DNA of 62,840 nt, filler included. It is 20 parts of 20 records of this genome, joined end to end, with 100 filler letters (N's around TTAATTAATTAA, not from the genome) between each part and the next. Parts side by side here need not be neighbours in the genome. Positions count along the whole stretch, not along the records: positions 30,010 to 36,033 come from SRR16133337_27987; positions 36,134 to 38,437 come from SRR16133337_28152; positions 38,538 to 40,704 come from SRR16133337_28156; positions 40,805 to 42,830 come from SRR16133337_28220; positions 42,931 to 44,994 come from SRR16133337_28339; 15 more parts are not named here. One strand, given 5' to 3'. Position 1 is the stretch's first letter; every line of letters starts with the position of its first letter. Positions 32,698-45,094 of the stretch are shown here, piece by piece. Below the pieces are notes generated by a model. The model did not search any database. It was not told the DNA's origin and worked only from the letters and a program-made list of their open reading frames with translations. The position numbers and the translations under genes were made by a program.

Positions 32698-32808
32698 GCC
32701 CAACGGTTTTGTATGCGAGGATTTTCCTGCGGAAAATCAGACGTAAAAAAATTGCACTAACCTTTGATTAAGCACTAAACTACGCATTATTTTTATACGT
32801 TGTTAGTT
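32698..32808 (-). repeat. attC-like recombination site A (111 bp)
   Basis: In gene orientation: AACTAAC aac GTATA ... CATAC aaaacc GTTGGGC; the upstream gene's last codons (ATNNV*) run into the site. Confidence 0.6.
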
Positions 32809-33590
32809 GCTGCTCTTTTCTTTTTAGTTTCTTGTAGAGTCAGATAGAATAAGGCTAATTCGCTTGATGATGTGACAGCGAGTTTTACATAAATTCCGTC
32901 CAACATTTTAAAATCAGGAAAATGTCCATGTCCAGTTCCATAAGAGTTTCGCAATTCAGTTATTCCGTGAACAATGTTTGAAAATCCACTTAAAATTTTC
33001 GCTATAGATGATTCTGCAAGTTCTTTGTTCTCGACATCAAAAGGCATTAAGTCAATATTTTTATTAGTTTCCTTAATCAACTTCAAGATATCCCAATCTT
33101 TTTCAAATTCAGCTCCTTCTTCTTTTAGAATATATTTACAACAAGTCTCTATTAACTCTTTAGATATTCCCAATGCTAAATGCGGATTACTCTCAATTGA
33201 GTTATTTATAAGCTTAATTTGCTTATTAACATACTCTTGAGTTAATATTTCTGAAATTTGTTCCGCTTTCCTTTGATTCTTTACTTTATGATTTTCTATT
33301 ATATATGGTTGCCATCGAATGTCATCTACATAAACTCCACCTGTTTGTGCAGATTCTACTAATGCAGATTCTATTGCAGAAACCTCTTTAGAATATTGGT
33401 CAAGTTTTTTGAATTGTTTTAAAGGAACATTAATAGTAACTGCATATTTATGAGTTTCTCGGTCAGTATCTAAATCAAACAATGTATCTACATAAAAACC
33501 ATCTATCTCACAATTGCTTAAAAAATCAGCAGCATTTGATTCTTCAAGTTCATTTAGCCAATTAAAAACTTGTAATTTTACTCCTTCCAT
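32793..33590 (-). CDS. Abortive-infection family protein (Abi_C-like C-terminal domain)
   Basis: NPHLALGISKELIETCCKYIL...ITELRNSYGTGHG...LAVTSS pattern; likely start ATG 33590. Confidence 0.8.
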   Translation of the reverse strand: MEGVKLQVFNWLNELEESNAADFLSNCEIDGFYVDTLFDLDTDRETHKYAVTINVPLKQFKKLDQYSKEVSAIESALVESAQTGGVYVDDIRWQPYIIENHKVKNQRKAEQISEILTQEYVNKQIKLINNSIESNPHLALGISKELIETCCKYILKEEGAEFEKDWDILKLIKETNKNIDLMPFDVENKELAESSIAKILSGFSNIVHGITELRNSYGTGHGHFPDFKMLDGIYVKLAVTSSSELALFYLTLQETKKKRAATNNV

Positions 33591-33722
33591 TGTTTTTTTA
33601 TAAATAAGTAAGTTTAAAATTCGCATTTGCGAGTTGAACCTATGCAATTTACTTATATGCTACCCCCTAGAAATCCGAAAATTTTAGAGACTTCTATAGA
33701 CTTTAAGCAGTAGATTTTAAGC

Positions 33723-35630
33723 TTACTTCACTTCTTCAAAATCTACATCTTCAACAGTATCCCCATCTTTGGTAGAAACGGGTTCTTCTGCTTGTTGAGT
33801 ACCTTCATCAGCTCCTCCTTGTTTAGCCGCTGCTGCTGCTTGAAATTCTGCGGAAGCCCCTTGTAAAGCAGTGTTTAAAGCTTCAATAGCAGTATCGATA
33901 GCAGTTCCATCTTTAGCAGTATGAGCCGCTTTTAATTCTGCCAAGGCAGTATCAATCGGTGCTTTTTTATCTTCTGGGAGTTTTCCCTCCACTTCTTTCA
34001 ATTGTGCTTCCGTTTGGAAAATCATTTGATCTGCAGTATTCAACTTTTCAGCAGTTTCTTTTGCTATTTTATCCGCTTCAGCATTTAATTCTGCATCTGC
34101 TTTCATCTTTTTAATTTCTTCCTCTGACAATCCTGAAGAGGCTTCAATTTTAATTTCCTGAGATTTGTTTGTCGCTTTGTCAATGGCAGAAACTTTAATA
34201 ATTCCATTGGCATCGATATCAAAAGTTACCTCAATTTGTGGAGCTCCTCTTTGTGTTGGTGGAATGCCCGTCAATTGGAAACGACCAATTGTATTGTTAT
34301 CCGCAGCCATCGCTCTTTCTCCTTGTAGAACGTGAATATCTACAGAAGGTTGGTTGTCTACTGCTGTAGAGAATACTTGTGATTTCTTTGTTGGAATTGT
34401 TGTGTTAGATTCAATCAACTTTGTAAACACATTGCCCATAGTTTCAATTCCCAAAGATAAAGGCGTAACGTCTAACAGTAACACATCTTTTACATCTCCT
34501 GTTAAAACACCTCCTTGGATAGCCGCTCCAATAGCAACAACCTCATCAGGATTTACTCCTTTATTAGGCTCTTTTCCAAAAAAAGCTTTTACTTGTTCTT
34601 GAATTACAGGAATACGGGTAGAACCTCCTACCAAAATCACTTCATCAATATCTGAAGTAGATAAATCTGCATCTTGTAATGCTTTTTTAACAGGTTTCAT
34701 AGAACGTTTTACCAACGTAGCAGCCAACTGCTCGAATTTTGCACGTGTTAATGTTTTTACCAAATGTTTAGGTCCTGATGCCGTTGCAGTAACATAAGGT
34801 AAATTAACTTCTGTTTGTGCAGAAGAAGACAATTCTATTTTTGCTTTTTCAGCAGCTTCTTTTAAACGTTGTAAAGCCATTGGATCTGAACGTAAGTCTA
34901 CTTGCTCTTTCGCTTTAAAATCATCCGCCAACCAGTCAATAATTACTTCATCAAAATCATCACCTCCTAAATGTGTATCTCCATTTGTAGACAATACTTC
35001 AAAAACTCCTTCTCCAATTTCTAAAATAGAAATATCAAAAGTCCCCCCTCCTAAATCATATACCGCAATTTTTTGATCCATCCCTTTTTTATCAATCCCA
35101 TAGGCCAATGCCGCAGCAGTTGGTTCGTTGATGATACGTTGCACTTTTAATCCTGCAATCTCTCCAGCCTCTTTTGTAGCTTGACGTTGTGCGTCGTTAA
35201 AATAGGCAGGAACTGTAATGACCGCTTCTGTAATATCTTGCCCTAAATAATCTTCGGCAGTTTTCTTCATTTTCTGAAGTGTCATTGCAGAAATTTCTTG
35301 AGGCGTATATAAACGTCCATCAATATCTATTTTAGGGGTATCGTTATCTCCTTTTACTACTTTATAAGGAACCCTACCTACTTCACTAGCACATTCAGAG
35401 AATTTATTCCCCATAAAACGCTTTACAGAATAAATGGTTTTAGATGGGTTGGTTACTGCTTGTCTTTTTGCAGGATCTCCAACTTTACGTTCTCCTCCCT
35501 CAACAAATGCTACTATAGAAGGTGTTGTTCTTTTTCCTTCTGCGTTTGGGATGACAACAGGTTCATTTCCTTCCATTACAGAAACACATGAATTGGTAGT
35601 TCCTAAATCGATTCCAATAATCTTACTCAT
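33723..35630 (-). CDS. dnaK: Chaperone DnaK (Hsp70)
   Basis: [32 protein letters not shown]-terminal [10 protein letters not shown]. Confidence 0.99.
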   Translation of the reverse strand: MSKIIGIDLGTTNSCVSVMEGNEPVVIPNAEGKRTTPSIVAFVEGGERKVGDPAKRQAVTNPSKTIYSVKRFMGNKFSECASEVGRVPYKVVKGDNDTPKIDIDGRLYTPQEISAMTLQKMKKTAEDYLGQDITEAVITVPAYFNDAQRQATKEAGEIAGLKVQRIINEPTAAALAYGIDKKGMDQKIAVYDLGGGTFDISILEIGEGVFEVLSTNGDTHLGGDDFDEVIIDWLADDFKAKEQVDLRSDPMALQRLKEAAEKAKIELSSSAQTEVNLPYVTATASGPKHLVKTLTRAKFEQLAATLVKRSMKPVKKALQDADLSTSDIDEVILVGGSTRIPVIQEQVKAFFGKEPNKGVNPDEVVAIGAAIQGGVLTGDVKDVLLLDVTPLSLGIETMGNVFTKLIESNTTIPTKKSQVFSTAVDNQPSVDIHVLQGERAMAADNNTIGRFQLTGIPPTQRGAPQIEVTFDIDANGIIKVSAIDKATNKSQEIKIEASSGLSEEEIKKMKADAELNAEADKIAKETAEKLNTADQMIFQTEAQLKEVEGKLPEDKKAPIDTALAELKAAHTAKDGTAIDTAIEALNTALQGASAEFQAAAAAKQGGADEGTQQAEEPVSTKDGDTVEDVDFEEVK

Positions 35631-35679
35631 AATTTTATGTATTTATATTTTTAATTTCATGATATTACAATTCACAATG

Positions 35680-35739
35680 TCAATCTTTATGCCAACCGAA
35701 AATAATTCTTATTTTGACATATTTTATGACAGGATGGCA
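35680..35739 (-). promoter_or_regulatory. Putative sigma54-like promoter and TGACA/TGGCA motifs upstream of dnaK
   Basis: Minus strand TTGGCATAAAGATTGA (GG-N10-GA, 35695-35680); plus strand TGACA (35715) and TGACAGGATGGCA (35727-35739). Confidence 0.4.
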
Positions 35740-35793
35740 TATAATTTTGGTTTTCTAAGCGGGCAGAGTATCCTAAAATCGTTCTTAATTAAT

Positions 35794-36011
35794 TTAGGAA
35801 GAGGGTCTCACAAACACCAACTCTGTATCCGTAGATAACTCTTCATGAAATCTATATCCACCATAATCAAAACCTTTTAAAGATTCTTTATCGTTACTAT
35901 TGTTGTCAATAATATAACGTACCATCATACCTCTGGCTTTCTTTGCAAAAAAACTTATCATTTTAAGTTTTCCTCCTTTGTAATCTTTAAATTGAGGTGT
36001 AATTATAGGAG
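35794..36011 (-). CDS. yaaA: Peroxide stress protein YaaA, C-terminal fragment
   Basis: Manual translation: [34 protein letters not shown]...LVFVRPSS*. Confidence 0.85.
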
Positions 36012-36033
36012 AGATCGGAAGAGCACACGTCTG
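36012..36033 (+). other. Illumina TruSeq adapter left in the assembly
   Basis: AGATCGGAAGAGCACACGTCTG at the contig end. Confidence 0.97.
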
Positions 36034-36133
36034 NNNNNNNNNNNNNNNNNNNNNNNNNNNNNNNNNNNNNNNNNNNNTTAATTAATTAANNNNNNNNNNN
36101 NNNNNNNNNNNNNNNNNNNNNNNNNNNNNNNNN

Positions 36134-36156
36134 GATGTTGCATGCAACATCTCTAC
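36134..36156. repeat. Truncated GTAG-type REP-like palindrome
   Basis: GATGTTGCATGCAACATCTCTAC at the contig start, downstream of ychF. Confidence 0.65.
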
Positions 36157-36183
36157 ACACACACAATATTATTAAATAAAAAT

Positions 36184-37275
36184 TTACACGTTGAATCTAA
36201 AATTCATAATATCACCATCTTGAATAATATATTCTTTTCCTTCTACACCTAATTTTCCAGCTTCTTTAATTTTCAATTCAGAACCATAATGTATATAATC
36301 ATCATATTTGATAACTTCTGCACGAATAAAACCTTTTTCAAAATCAGTATGTATTACTCCTGCAGCCTGAGGTGCTGTATCTCCTATATTGATGGTCCAG
36401 GCTCTTACCTCTTTTACTCCTACTGTAAAATAGGTTTGTAAGTTCAATAATTTGTATGCAGAACGAATCAGCTTTTCAGCCCCTGACTCATCCAAACCAA
36501 TATCTTCTAAGAATGCCTGACGCTCTTCAAAATCATCTAACTCAGCAATATCCGCTTCTGTTCCAACAGCCAAAACAATAATTTCAGCATCTTCATCTTT
36601 TACTGCTTCTTTTACCTGATCTACATATGCATTGCCACTAACCGCAGAATTTTCATCTACATTACAAACGTACATGACAGGTTTTGCAGTAATAAACTGT
36701 AATGAAGCAACTATAATTTCTTCTTTTTCTGTAAATTCAATAGTCCTAACAGATTTTGCTTCTAATAAAGCTGTTTGAATTTTCAACAAAACATCCATTT
36801 CAGCTTGTGCTTCTTTGTTTCCTGTTTTGGCATTTCTTTTTACACGTTCCAATCGTTTCTCCACAGTCTCCAAATCTTTCAATTGTAACTCAATATCAAT
36901 TGTTTCCTTGTCTCTAATAGGGTTAATAGAAGCATCTACATGAATGATATTATCATTGTCAAAACAACGCAACACATGAATAATTGCATCTGTTTCTCTA
37001 ATATTTCCTAAGAATTGATTTCCCAATCCTTCTCCTTTGCTTGCTCCTTTTACCAAACCAGCAATATCTACGATTTCAACAGTAGCAGGAACAATGCGTT
37101 CAGGATTTACCATACTTGCTAACTTCACAATCCTTGCATCTGGTACATTTACCACACCAAGATTAGGCTCTATGGTACAAAAAGGAAAGTTTGCACTTTG
37201 TGCTTTTGCATTTGACAAACAGTTAAACAAAGTTGATTTTCCTACGTTTGGCAATCCTACTATTCCAGCTTTCAT
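36184..37275 (-). CDS. ychF: Ribosome-binding ATPase YchF
   Basis: GIVGLPNVGKSTLFN, ANFPFCTIEPN, DIAGLVKGASKGEGLGNQFL, TGS-like C-terminus. Confidence 0.98.
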   Translation of the reverse strand: MKAGIVGLPNVGKSTLFNCLSNAKAQSANFPFCTIEPNLGVVNVPDARIVKLASMVNPERIVPATVEIVDIAGLVKGASKGEGLGNQFLGNIRETDAIIHVLRCFDNDNIIHVDASINPIRDKETIDIELQLKDLETVEKRLERVKRNAKTGNKEAQAEMDVLLKIQTALLEAKSVRTIEFTEKEEIIVASLQFITAKPVMYVCNVDENSAVSGNAYVDQVKEAVKDEDAEIIVLAVGTEADIAELDDFEERQAFLEDIGLDESGAEKLIRSAYKLLNLQTYFTVGVKEVRAWTINIGDTAPQAAGVIHTDFEKGFIRAEVIKYDDYIHYGSELKIKEAGKLGVEGKEYIIQDGDIMNFRFNV

Positions 37276-37544
37276 ATTAAATAGTTATTGAAATTTTTCA
37301 AATGCAAATATATCCAAAACAACTAGGTTCTCAGAGGATTTAACCCTTTTATTTTTGTAACAGACAATATATACTTCGCCTGTTTAGAAACCCAATTTTT
37401 TAGAGACTTCAACTTTCTTAAAGGTGTGGCTAGAGACATCTATAATAAAGGAAACATTTGTCGTACACCCTCTTGAAATTTGAACCTCTCCACCTCAAAA
37501 AACCTTTGTATCTTTGCTTTCTAAATCTTTGTAACTAAAAAAAA

Positions 37545-38437
37545 ATGACCCCACAAATTGTATTCTATATTCTTATCGGAATTATTAGTGTGAACTTCCT
37601 AAAAGAAGAAATACTCTCCTATTTCAATGCAAAACATTTTAATGACAAACTTCCAGAACCGCTTCAAGATGTATATGAATCAGAAGAGTATCTAAAATCA
37701 CAAGCCTACAAAAAAGCGAATTACATTTTTTCGATTGTCACAGGTGGTTTTTCATTTGGATTGACTTTGTTGTTTTTCTTTTTAGACGGATTTTATTTTG
37801 TAGATACTTTTGTAAGGAGTATCACATCCAATGAAATTTTGATGACCTTATATTACTTGGGAATTATTTTCTTAGGAAATGATATTCTTACAACCCCTTT
37901 TTCCTATTACAAAACCTTCGTTATTGAAGAAAAATTTGGATTTAACAAGTCTACAAAAAAACTTTTTCTAATAGATAAATTAAAAGGCTGGCTTTTGACA
38001 ATTCTAATTGGTGGTATTTTATTGGCTCTAATTACATGGTTTTATCAAAAAACAATTCACCTATTTTGGATCTATACCTGGATATTAATTAGTGTATTTT
38101 CGGTATTTATAAACTTGTTTTATTCTTCTTTGATAGTTCCCCTATTCAACAAACAAACTCCTTTGGAAGATGGAGAACTCAAAGAAAAACTTGAAAAATT
38201 AGCTCAAAATATTGGATTTCAACTGAATAAAATATTTGTCATTGATGGTTCTAAAAGATCTACAAAAGCAAACGCTTATTTTTCTGGTTTTGGACCTAAG
38301 AAAAGAATCGTACTCTATGACACCTTGATCAACGATTTAAATCCAGATGAAATCGTAGCCGTTTTTGCACATGAAGTTGGACATTACAAAAAAAAACATA
38401 CGATTTTTAATTTAGTTGCTTCTTTAGTTTTTACTGG
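37545..38437 (+). CDS. M48 (Ste24-like) zinc metallopeptidase, 3' truncated
   Basis: TM helices; DGSKRSTKANAYFSG, LYDTL, AHEVGH. Confidence 0.92.
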
Positions 38438-38537
38438 NNNNNNNNNNNNNNNNNNNNNNNNNNNNNNNNNNNNNNNNNNNNTTAATTAATTAANNNNNNN
38501 NNNNNNNNNNNNNNNNNNNNNNNNNNNNNNNNNNNNN

Positions 38538-38562
38538 ACACACACACACACACACACACACA
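38538..38562. repeat. (CA)n microsatellite
   Basis: AC dinucleotide run at the start of a eukaryotic-looking contig. Confidence 0.9.
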
Positions 38563-41500
38563 AGCATCTTACGAAGAATCAATTCCATCCCTTGGTTTCG
38601 TGATTGCTTTCACGCCAAAATGTTATAATTTGATTTTCGTGAAACTTACAACGTCATAAATTATTTTTGAAAAATAACAGACAAACTTCCAAATACCTCA
38701 TTGCGAGCTGATATTCCAATTCTGAAAGTGTTATTTGTCGACTTTTTGGCCATGCGCGTGATGCTTTCTCTGAAAAAACTTGTTCCTGAAAAAACAAAAC
38801 AAACAATTCATCGAAAAAGCACATTAAAAAAAAGTGTAGAATGGCCAATGTAGAAGTGGTGGGGAACAAACATATTTCCCAAGTATCGCGTTAGAGGAAA
38901 TTAAAAGTACATTTTGAGTATTGTATTACCTCAGTGGTTGCTGACATCGCATGTTTTATTATTTCATCGCGAAGTGTGAGAACCTACAAGACACAACACA
39001 CGAAATCAAAAACATATTGAAGAAGAAAATTAAACACAGAACGTGCAGAAGTTAAAATATATATTATTCTTTTCAAATATCTCTTTGTAAATCTAACTTG
39101 TTACAAGAATGTAGCACGGAGAGAAACAAGATAATTGTATTTTAAAAAAACGATTGGACAAAAAAGCACATTAAAAAGATTGCTTATTCAATAATAAAAT
39201 ATGTTCAAGAAGATGAGCATCTTTCCACTTCGCAATCAATTTGAAAAAACTCATGAAAAAAAATTTTAAATGACATAAAAACAAAAAAAGCAAATACTAT
39301 ATTGAGCAGTGAAGACTAAAAAAAGCAACAAACGGCCATTTCACAAGCTATTTCACCGCCTAACTTAAAGTGTTCTGTTTGCGCTTTTCGTAAATAAGTA
39401 TACAAATTGCAGACAACAGTCATGAGAAAATATATAACAACATTGTTACAAACACGCCACACAAAATGTGAACACTCACAAAACGAGCTAGCCACAATGA
39501 GAGCTCTAATTTCAAAAAAAACAAACGATTTGTTAAATATTATTTTACCTCATGGGGAGAATTCACTCCATCAATACTTTTGTGGTCTCCCACCACCCAG
39601 TTACCGTTCTGATCTAAGAAACAAAATACACACAAACCAAAAAATAAACAAAAACTATAATCATAAATTGAATACGCGCAGGAAACATAACATAATATAA
39701 CTTTTCTTTTTTATCAGACAACCTGCAAAATATCTTATTTTAACAAAAAATATTGAAATGGGTGGCGAGTTCCAAAAAAAATTGTATTTCGTCTGTGCCA
39801 TATGTGAATTATAATATATCAACGTGAAAATAAAAACAAGTTTGTCCATTGTTGAAACCTCAAAATGATTCTTGAATGCGACTAGTGTGTTTGGAATCAT
39901 TTGTTTCAACAAGGCCTCTATAGAGATAATGTGGAATGTTTTGTGATCAAGACAAATCATTTTAAAAATCCCACTCCCACACCCCCTTTTTTGAAAACCT
40001 CGTATGCTGGGAGAAACAACCTTTTTGAAACTTGTTATATATATTGAAGTTGGCTGTTTAAAACATATTTTATACTGCTTTAATCGACTTATAGTGTAAC
40101 AATAGGCTCAAAAACTTCGTTGTCACGACATTAAAAAGCGGAAAAAAATCTTGAAATATAACAGATATTCGCCTGTATTTCCAGGAATTTGCATTCAGTA
40201 ATATCAGCCAGACCATTAACATAAAGTCTGTGTTTTTCGCGGTTACAAAGTTTCTCCTCGCTTTATTTCTGCTCCTCTGTACACCTCTTGTAAGCGACAA
40301 AATCAGTATATTGTATTGTTATTGGGTTCAAAATATTTTTTGCCTGGATACCAGTTTTTAGGTTGGTTCAAAAAACGCAAGAAAACGAAAAGTTTTGGCA
40401 TGTGAAATACGAAGATGTTTTTGTGAATCCTTTCAGCAAAAATTTCCATGGTCAATTTTTTTAAAAAGAAGGAAAAAACAAAATAGTGCCCCGTGATACA
40501 CAATGTCATATACCTTCTTGGAATCGCCCGTCCACTAATCGTATCCTCACGAGAGATCCAAGAATTTCAGAGAGTCTTATGGCACAACAAATGCCAGTTG
40601 GTTCTACAGCAAAATAAAAAATTCGGGACAATCTTAATTAAAACACTAATGTATAAGGTCCATCCGAGAGAAAACGTAGTATTATAAAATATCAAAAATG
40701 TTAANNNNNNNNNNNNNNNNNNNNNNNNNNNNNNNNNNNNNNNNNNNNTTAATTAATTAANNNNNNNNNNNNNNNNNNNNNNNNNNNNNNNNNNNNNNNN
40801 NNNNTTTTTATGTTTTCAATGCAGTTCTAGGTTGTTGCTGGCTCCATGGCGCGGCAATCACTCCCACCCTTCCTTCCCTGTTCCACCTCTTCCACTCCAA
40901 CAGCGCAAAACCCGATACATTTCCAAGTGGAGTGAACGCTGTGACATATTGACATAACTTTGAATCCAATTTTCGGATATTATTTATGATGTAGATTTCT
41001 ACGACCGGCACATTACTAAACGCTCTACAAGTTCCTTCTGTCGGCTCAAGACACTCAATGACTAAAAAGTGCGTTCCCGCGCTATTTACTACGGAATGAT
41101 ACTCTAAGCTCCCAACTACTCTAGTGAGTATGATTGTTTTCTGAGCCAAGTGGCACCATCGAAGTGCGTTCTCAAGGAGTATTGATTTTTTCGCTTTTTA
41201 TAAAACAAAAATCCCCAAAATCACACCTTTTTGAAATTGTTCTGATTTCATGTTTGAAAATTTGTTGACAAACAGAAACTTGCTATAGTAGATATGCGCG
41301 CAGGATATTCAAGAGCAAGACACTGCTACAATTTTCTTAAATTCCTCGATAAGGCTGAAAATTCAGTTTTTGAAAACTACATATTTTTGGCTCGTTCAGG
41401 TTTCGTGCTATCACTAGAAATTGATTTTTTTAAAATGCCCACTCGCAAAGAATTCACATCAATGCGCCAAATGATACAAAACTCATGCTTTTACTGTTTT

Positions 41501-44500
41501 TAATGCGCAATCACCACACAAAGTGTTCGTTTTTCACATTTTTTTTGCGAAAAAAATAAACTCTTTGCGCCATCTGTAATTCCAAACTTCCTTTCCTGGA
41601 AGTTATCAGCTCGTTCGTACGTAAATAACATAAAACCACAAAACACAACACGTTTTATGAAAATCATTTGAGCTCGTTGTGAGATCCATGAACACACTTT
41701 CCCCCACAATTCAAACACACGGCAAATCGACATGAAAATTATAGCTTCAGCTCAATCAATCAATTTTGTAAAAATAGTACATTTATTGGCTGAAGTATGT
41801 TGTCTAGTACTAACTATTTAGAAGGTACTCCATGTACTCAAGAATGGCTGAAAATTATTTGTAAGTTTTTTGTGTTCGGTTTTTTTGTTGAGAACAAATA
41901 ATTTTACGAAAATATCTCACATTAGATTGGTACATTCGATTCAGTTTTTGGTAATTTAGGAAGTAACAAGTTTGTATTCGTACACTGGTGGTTCAAATTA
42001 AAAAATCACGTGCTTAAAAACTTACATCCAGTTTCACGCAGAAAATCCATATTTGGTGTTTGCACATTTCCAGGAGTTCCGCCCGTTTCATTTGTTAAAT
42101 AATATGATCCGAGGCCATCCTAAATTAAAAAAAAACGGATTGTTAGACTGTACAATGTTTTGCATATGAAATATTCGCTGCCAATACAAAATTAATGTCC
42201 ACTTTATGCTGTGGGGACAATCCTCATGAAAATTTCGGGAGACGAAATTCAAAAATGAAAACCCCTATTTGAGTTTTTGTTACAAGAACGTAAGAAATAA
42301 TTTGGTATGGCAAAACTAACTCCACCTTGCCTTAGGACGTCACGGGTACCTGGTGCGAACCTGTGTCCAAAAATTCATGCCACCGGCAAAAAAAAAGATT
42401 TTTTGAAATATCCAAACATTGGACGTAGGTCGACGGTACCTACAATGTTTATGTCAACATTCCGTTGTAATTACGTCAGCAAAAAACGTAGGGAGTAGGT
42501 TGCCTAGTGAGCGAAGGGGGGTCAAAAATTATAATTTTGTGTTTATGAAAATAATTCATGGTCCATACTCATAGCGGCTATTTTCAATATGAAAACGTAT
42601 TTAATATCTATTTCACACCCTCCACCCAGCCACTCCTCCTCTATGCCTCCTTCACACACCACGCACAAACCCCTCGCATATCACCCCAAAATTCATGACA
42701 AGAGCACAAAGCAACAGCGCCTACAGGTTTATTAACTCAACGAGTGCTTACCACGCCGATAACAAGCACTTTTTCGGTTGCTCCAAAGCCATCAACGCCT
42801 TTCCATGAAGCAGAGATTCTTGAGGAATGTNNNNNNNNNNNNNNNNNNNNNNNNNNNNNNNNNNNNNNNNNNNNTTAATTAATTAANNNNNNNNNNNNNN
42901 NNNNNNNNNNNNNNNNNNNNNNNNNNNNNNGACAGATTGCGTCAGTGGCCTCGCAGCTTGTCTGAGCAATCGTGTTGTTTGGCGTCTGAGTGGCCTTGTT
43001 GTTGAGAAAAAAGCATTGCGAATCATTTTTGAGCTTTCAAATTTCTTCTTATTCCTTTTCTTTTAGTTTAGTTGAGGGAAGTTTTTTGTGTTGTGATGAA
43101 ATTATGAATTGTTTTATGTCGTTGGATTTCGTGGAATCTTTCTGCATGCATTTCTCCTCGAATTTCGAATACACCCCCCCCACCCCCAATGAAAAAAAAA
43201 TGCGATGTTCACTCTCCCCCTCGCACTTTTTTGCTTCTTTCAACCCCTTCACTTTTCATGAAAAGCCACCAATATATTGTGTGTTTGTTTGTAGGTCGCG
43301 TGTGCAGCTTAGCAAAGCTTAAACGACTGACTGCACTCAGCTTTTTCTCTCACCAAAAACTTTAAATTCTTGCACGAATTTGTTCCTCCACCAAAACTTC
43401 CGCGCTAATTTTCAAACAAAATGGATCGGGCTGCAAATTTAATGCGACATATTCGGCCGGTAAGTGCCCACCAAAAAATAATTCGAGTTTGCTCCTTCAA
43501 AACACTCCAAAATTATTAGCACAAAGTTTAGAACAGAACAAAGTGTGTTGACTTTTTTGTGATGTTTTTGTTTGATAGGAAGTCGTCGGCTTGGAATCAT
43601 GTGAAACTGCGCATAGAGATCAAATGGAGATCGCACGTATTTTTATGTATCCTATCAAATCGTGTGCGCCAGTTGAATTCACAGAGGCAAGTTTCTTGAA
43701 GAGAGGTTTCAAGTATGGTGAGTATTTCTCTACTTTCGGGGGTTTATGAAAGATCGGATTTTTAATACTTTGTGCGTTTTTTCGCTTGGCGAAAAAATAA
43801 AAGTGCGAGCGAAAAAAATGTCGGTCTTTTGTGTGTGGTTGTGGTTTTTCGTCTGGAATACAAAGCTAAATTTTGAACGTGTTTCAGTTTTTTTTCTTAG
43901 TTGACACCCTTTTGTGAAGTTTTGAGTGAATTTTGTTTCAATTCGCAAAAAATTCTCTTGACGAAACCATTATGCTCCTTTTATGCTCATCTCGTCGAAT
44001 TGTTGAATTTTCAGCTCGTGAATAAAATTTTGGCCAAAATTTTTGTTGTTTTTTCACAACATGACGTGTGTGAATTTTATACTGACAAGCGAATTGTGAA
44101 AAGAAAATCTGTCACAAAGTTCGACCACGTTTTAGCACGTGAAAATTGTAGTGTGTGAATCAAAAAAGGATTTTGTGAAGTTCATCACCTTTTTCGAATG
44201 ATTTGTTGTGTTCATGACGCAACTTGCAATGGGTTGGGCTTCAAGGGTTGGGAGTTAAAAATAATCATTTGTTGTATGGGGTAGGGCGGTGCAGGTCAAT
44301 ATTTTTCAGATAACCACGTGACATCAGCTGGGCGTTTTTGGAAGGTGGATTTATTCCTCCCAATTCACCACGTTGAGTGTTTTTCATGGGGTTTGCCGCC
44401 TTGAGCTGGAAAATTAACTTGGCTAAGAACCGATTTTTCGATTTTTGGTGTTTGGTGAATTTCATTTTCTGTTCTTTCCCTGGGTTCTGGAGATCTTGCC

Positions 44501-45094
44501 GAAAAATGTCGATGAAAAGTTAAAAAAATGAAACCGACATCCTCCATACGTTTTATCATAAGAAGAGTGCTGGGGTGCTATCCGTTCCAGAAAAATGAAA
44601 TTTGCTCATAGTTGAAGAAATTAGAGGATTTTTCCGCCTTCACAAACACTCACTACGCACGCGTAGTGCAGGGAGTAAACAAATACGAACTGGCACGTGT
44701 TAAAATCCATGAATTTTCGAGCGATTTTTGCTGCAAAAATTTAAGGGAAATCTGTTCACGACTTACTGAAAGTTGGTACTAATTCGAATTGCAAGGAATG
44801 TGAAATTATACGGGATTATAGGGCATGTTCTCACACATCTGTGTGGAAATTCATTTCACTTTGGGTTTTTTTTAAGTGAAAATTCGCGAGTTATGAATTT
44901 TCCCAAACAAATTAAGGTGTTCAATTTTTCATTGAAGTAGAAAATTTGTTTAAGGTCGTAAACCCACCGTCCATTTTTCAAAACCTACTTTTCANNNNNN
45001 NNNNNNNNNNNNNNNNNNNNNNNNNNNNNNNNNNNNNNTTAATTAATTAANNNNNNNNNNNNNNNNNNNNNNNNNNNNNNNNNNNNNNNNNNNN

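Noticed and set aside
33600-33722. Possible attI site between dnaK and the Abi gene
   Set aside because: No GTTAGTT complement to the Abi cassette's R'' was found (only GTTCAAC) and no integrase is adjacent.
34354-35838. Antisense ORFs over dnaK (and similar ones over ychF, ligA, mraZ and pol)
   Set aside because: Shadow frames of well-supported genes.
38538-44994. Many 60-110 aa ORFs in three eukaryotic-looking contigs
   Set aside because: Low-complexity K/F/N-rich translations typical of AT-rich non-coding DNA; a few may be exons but none could be supported.
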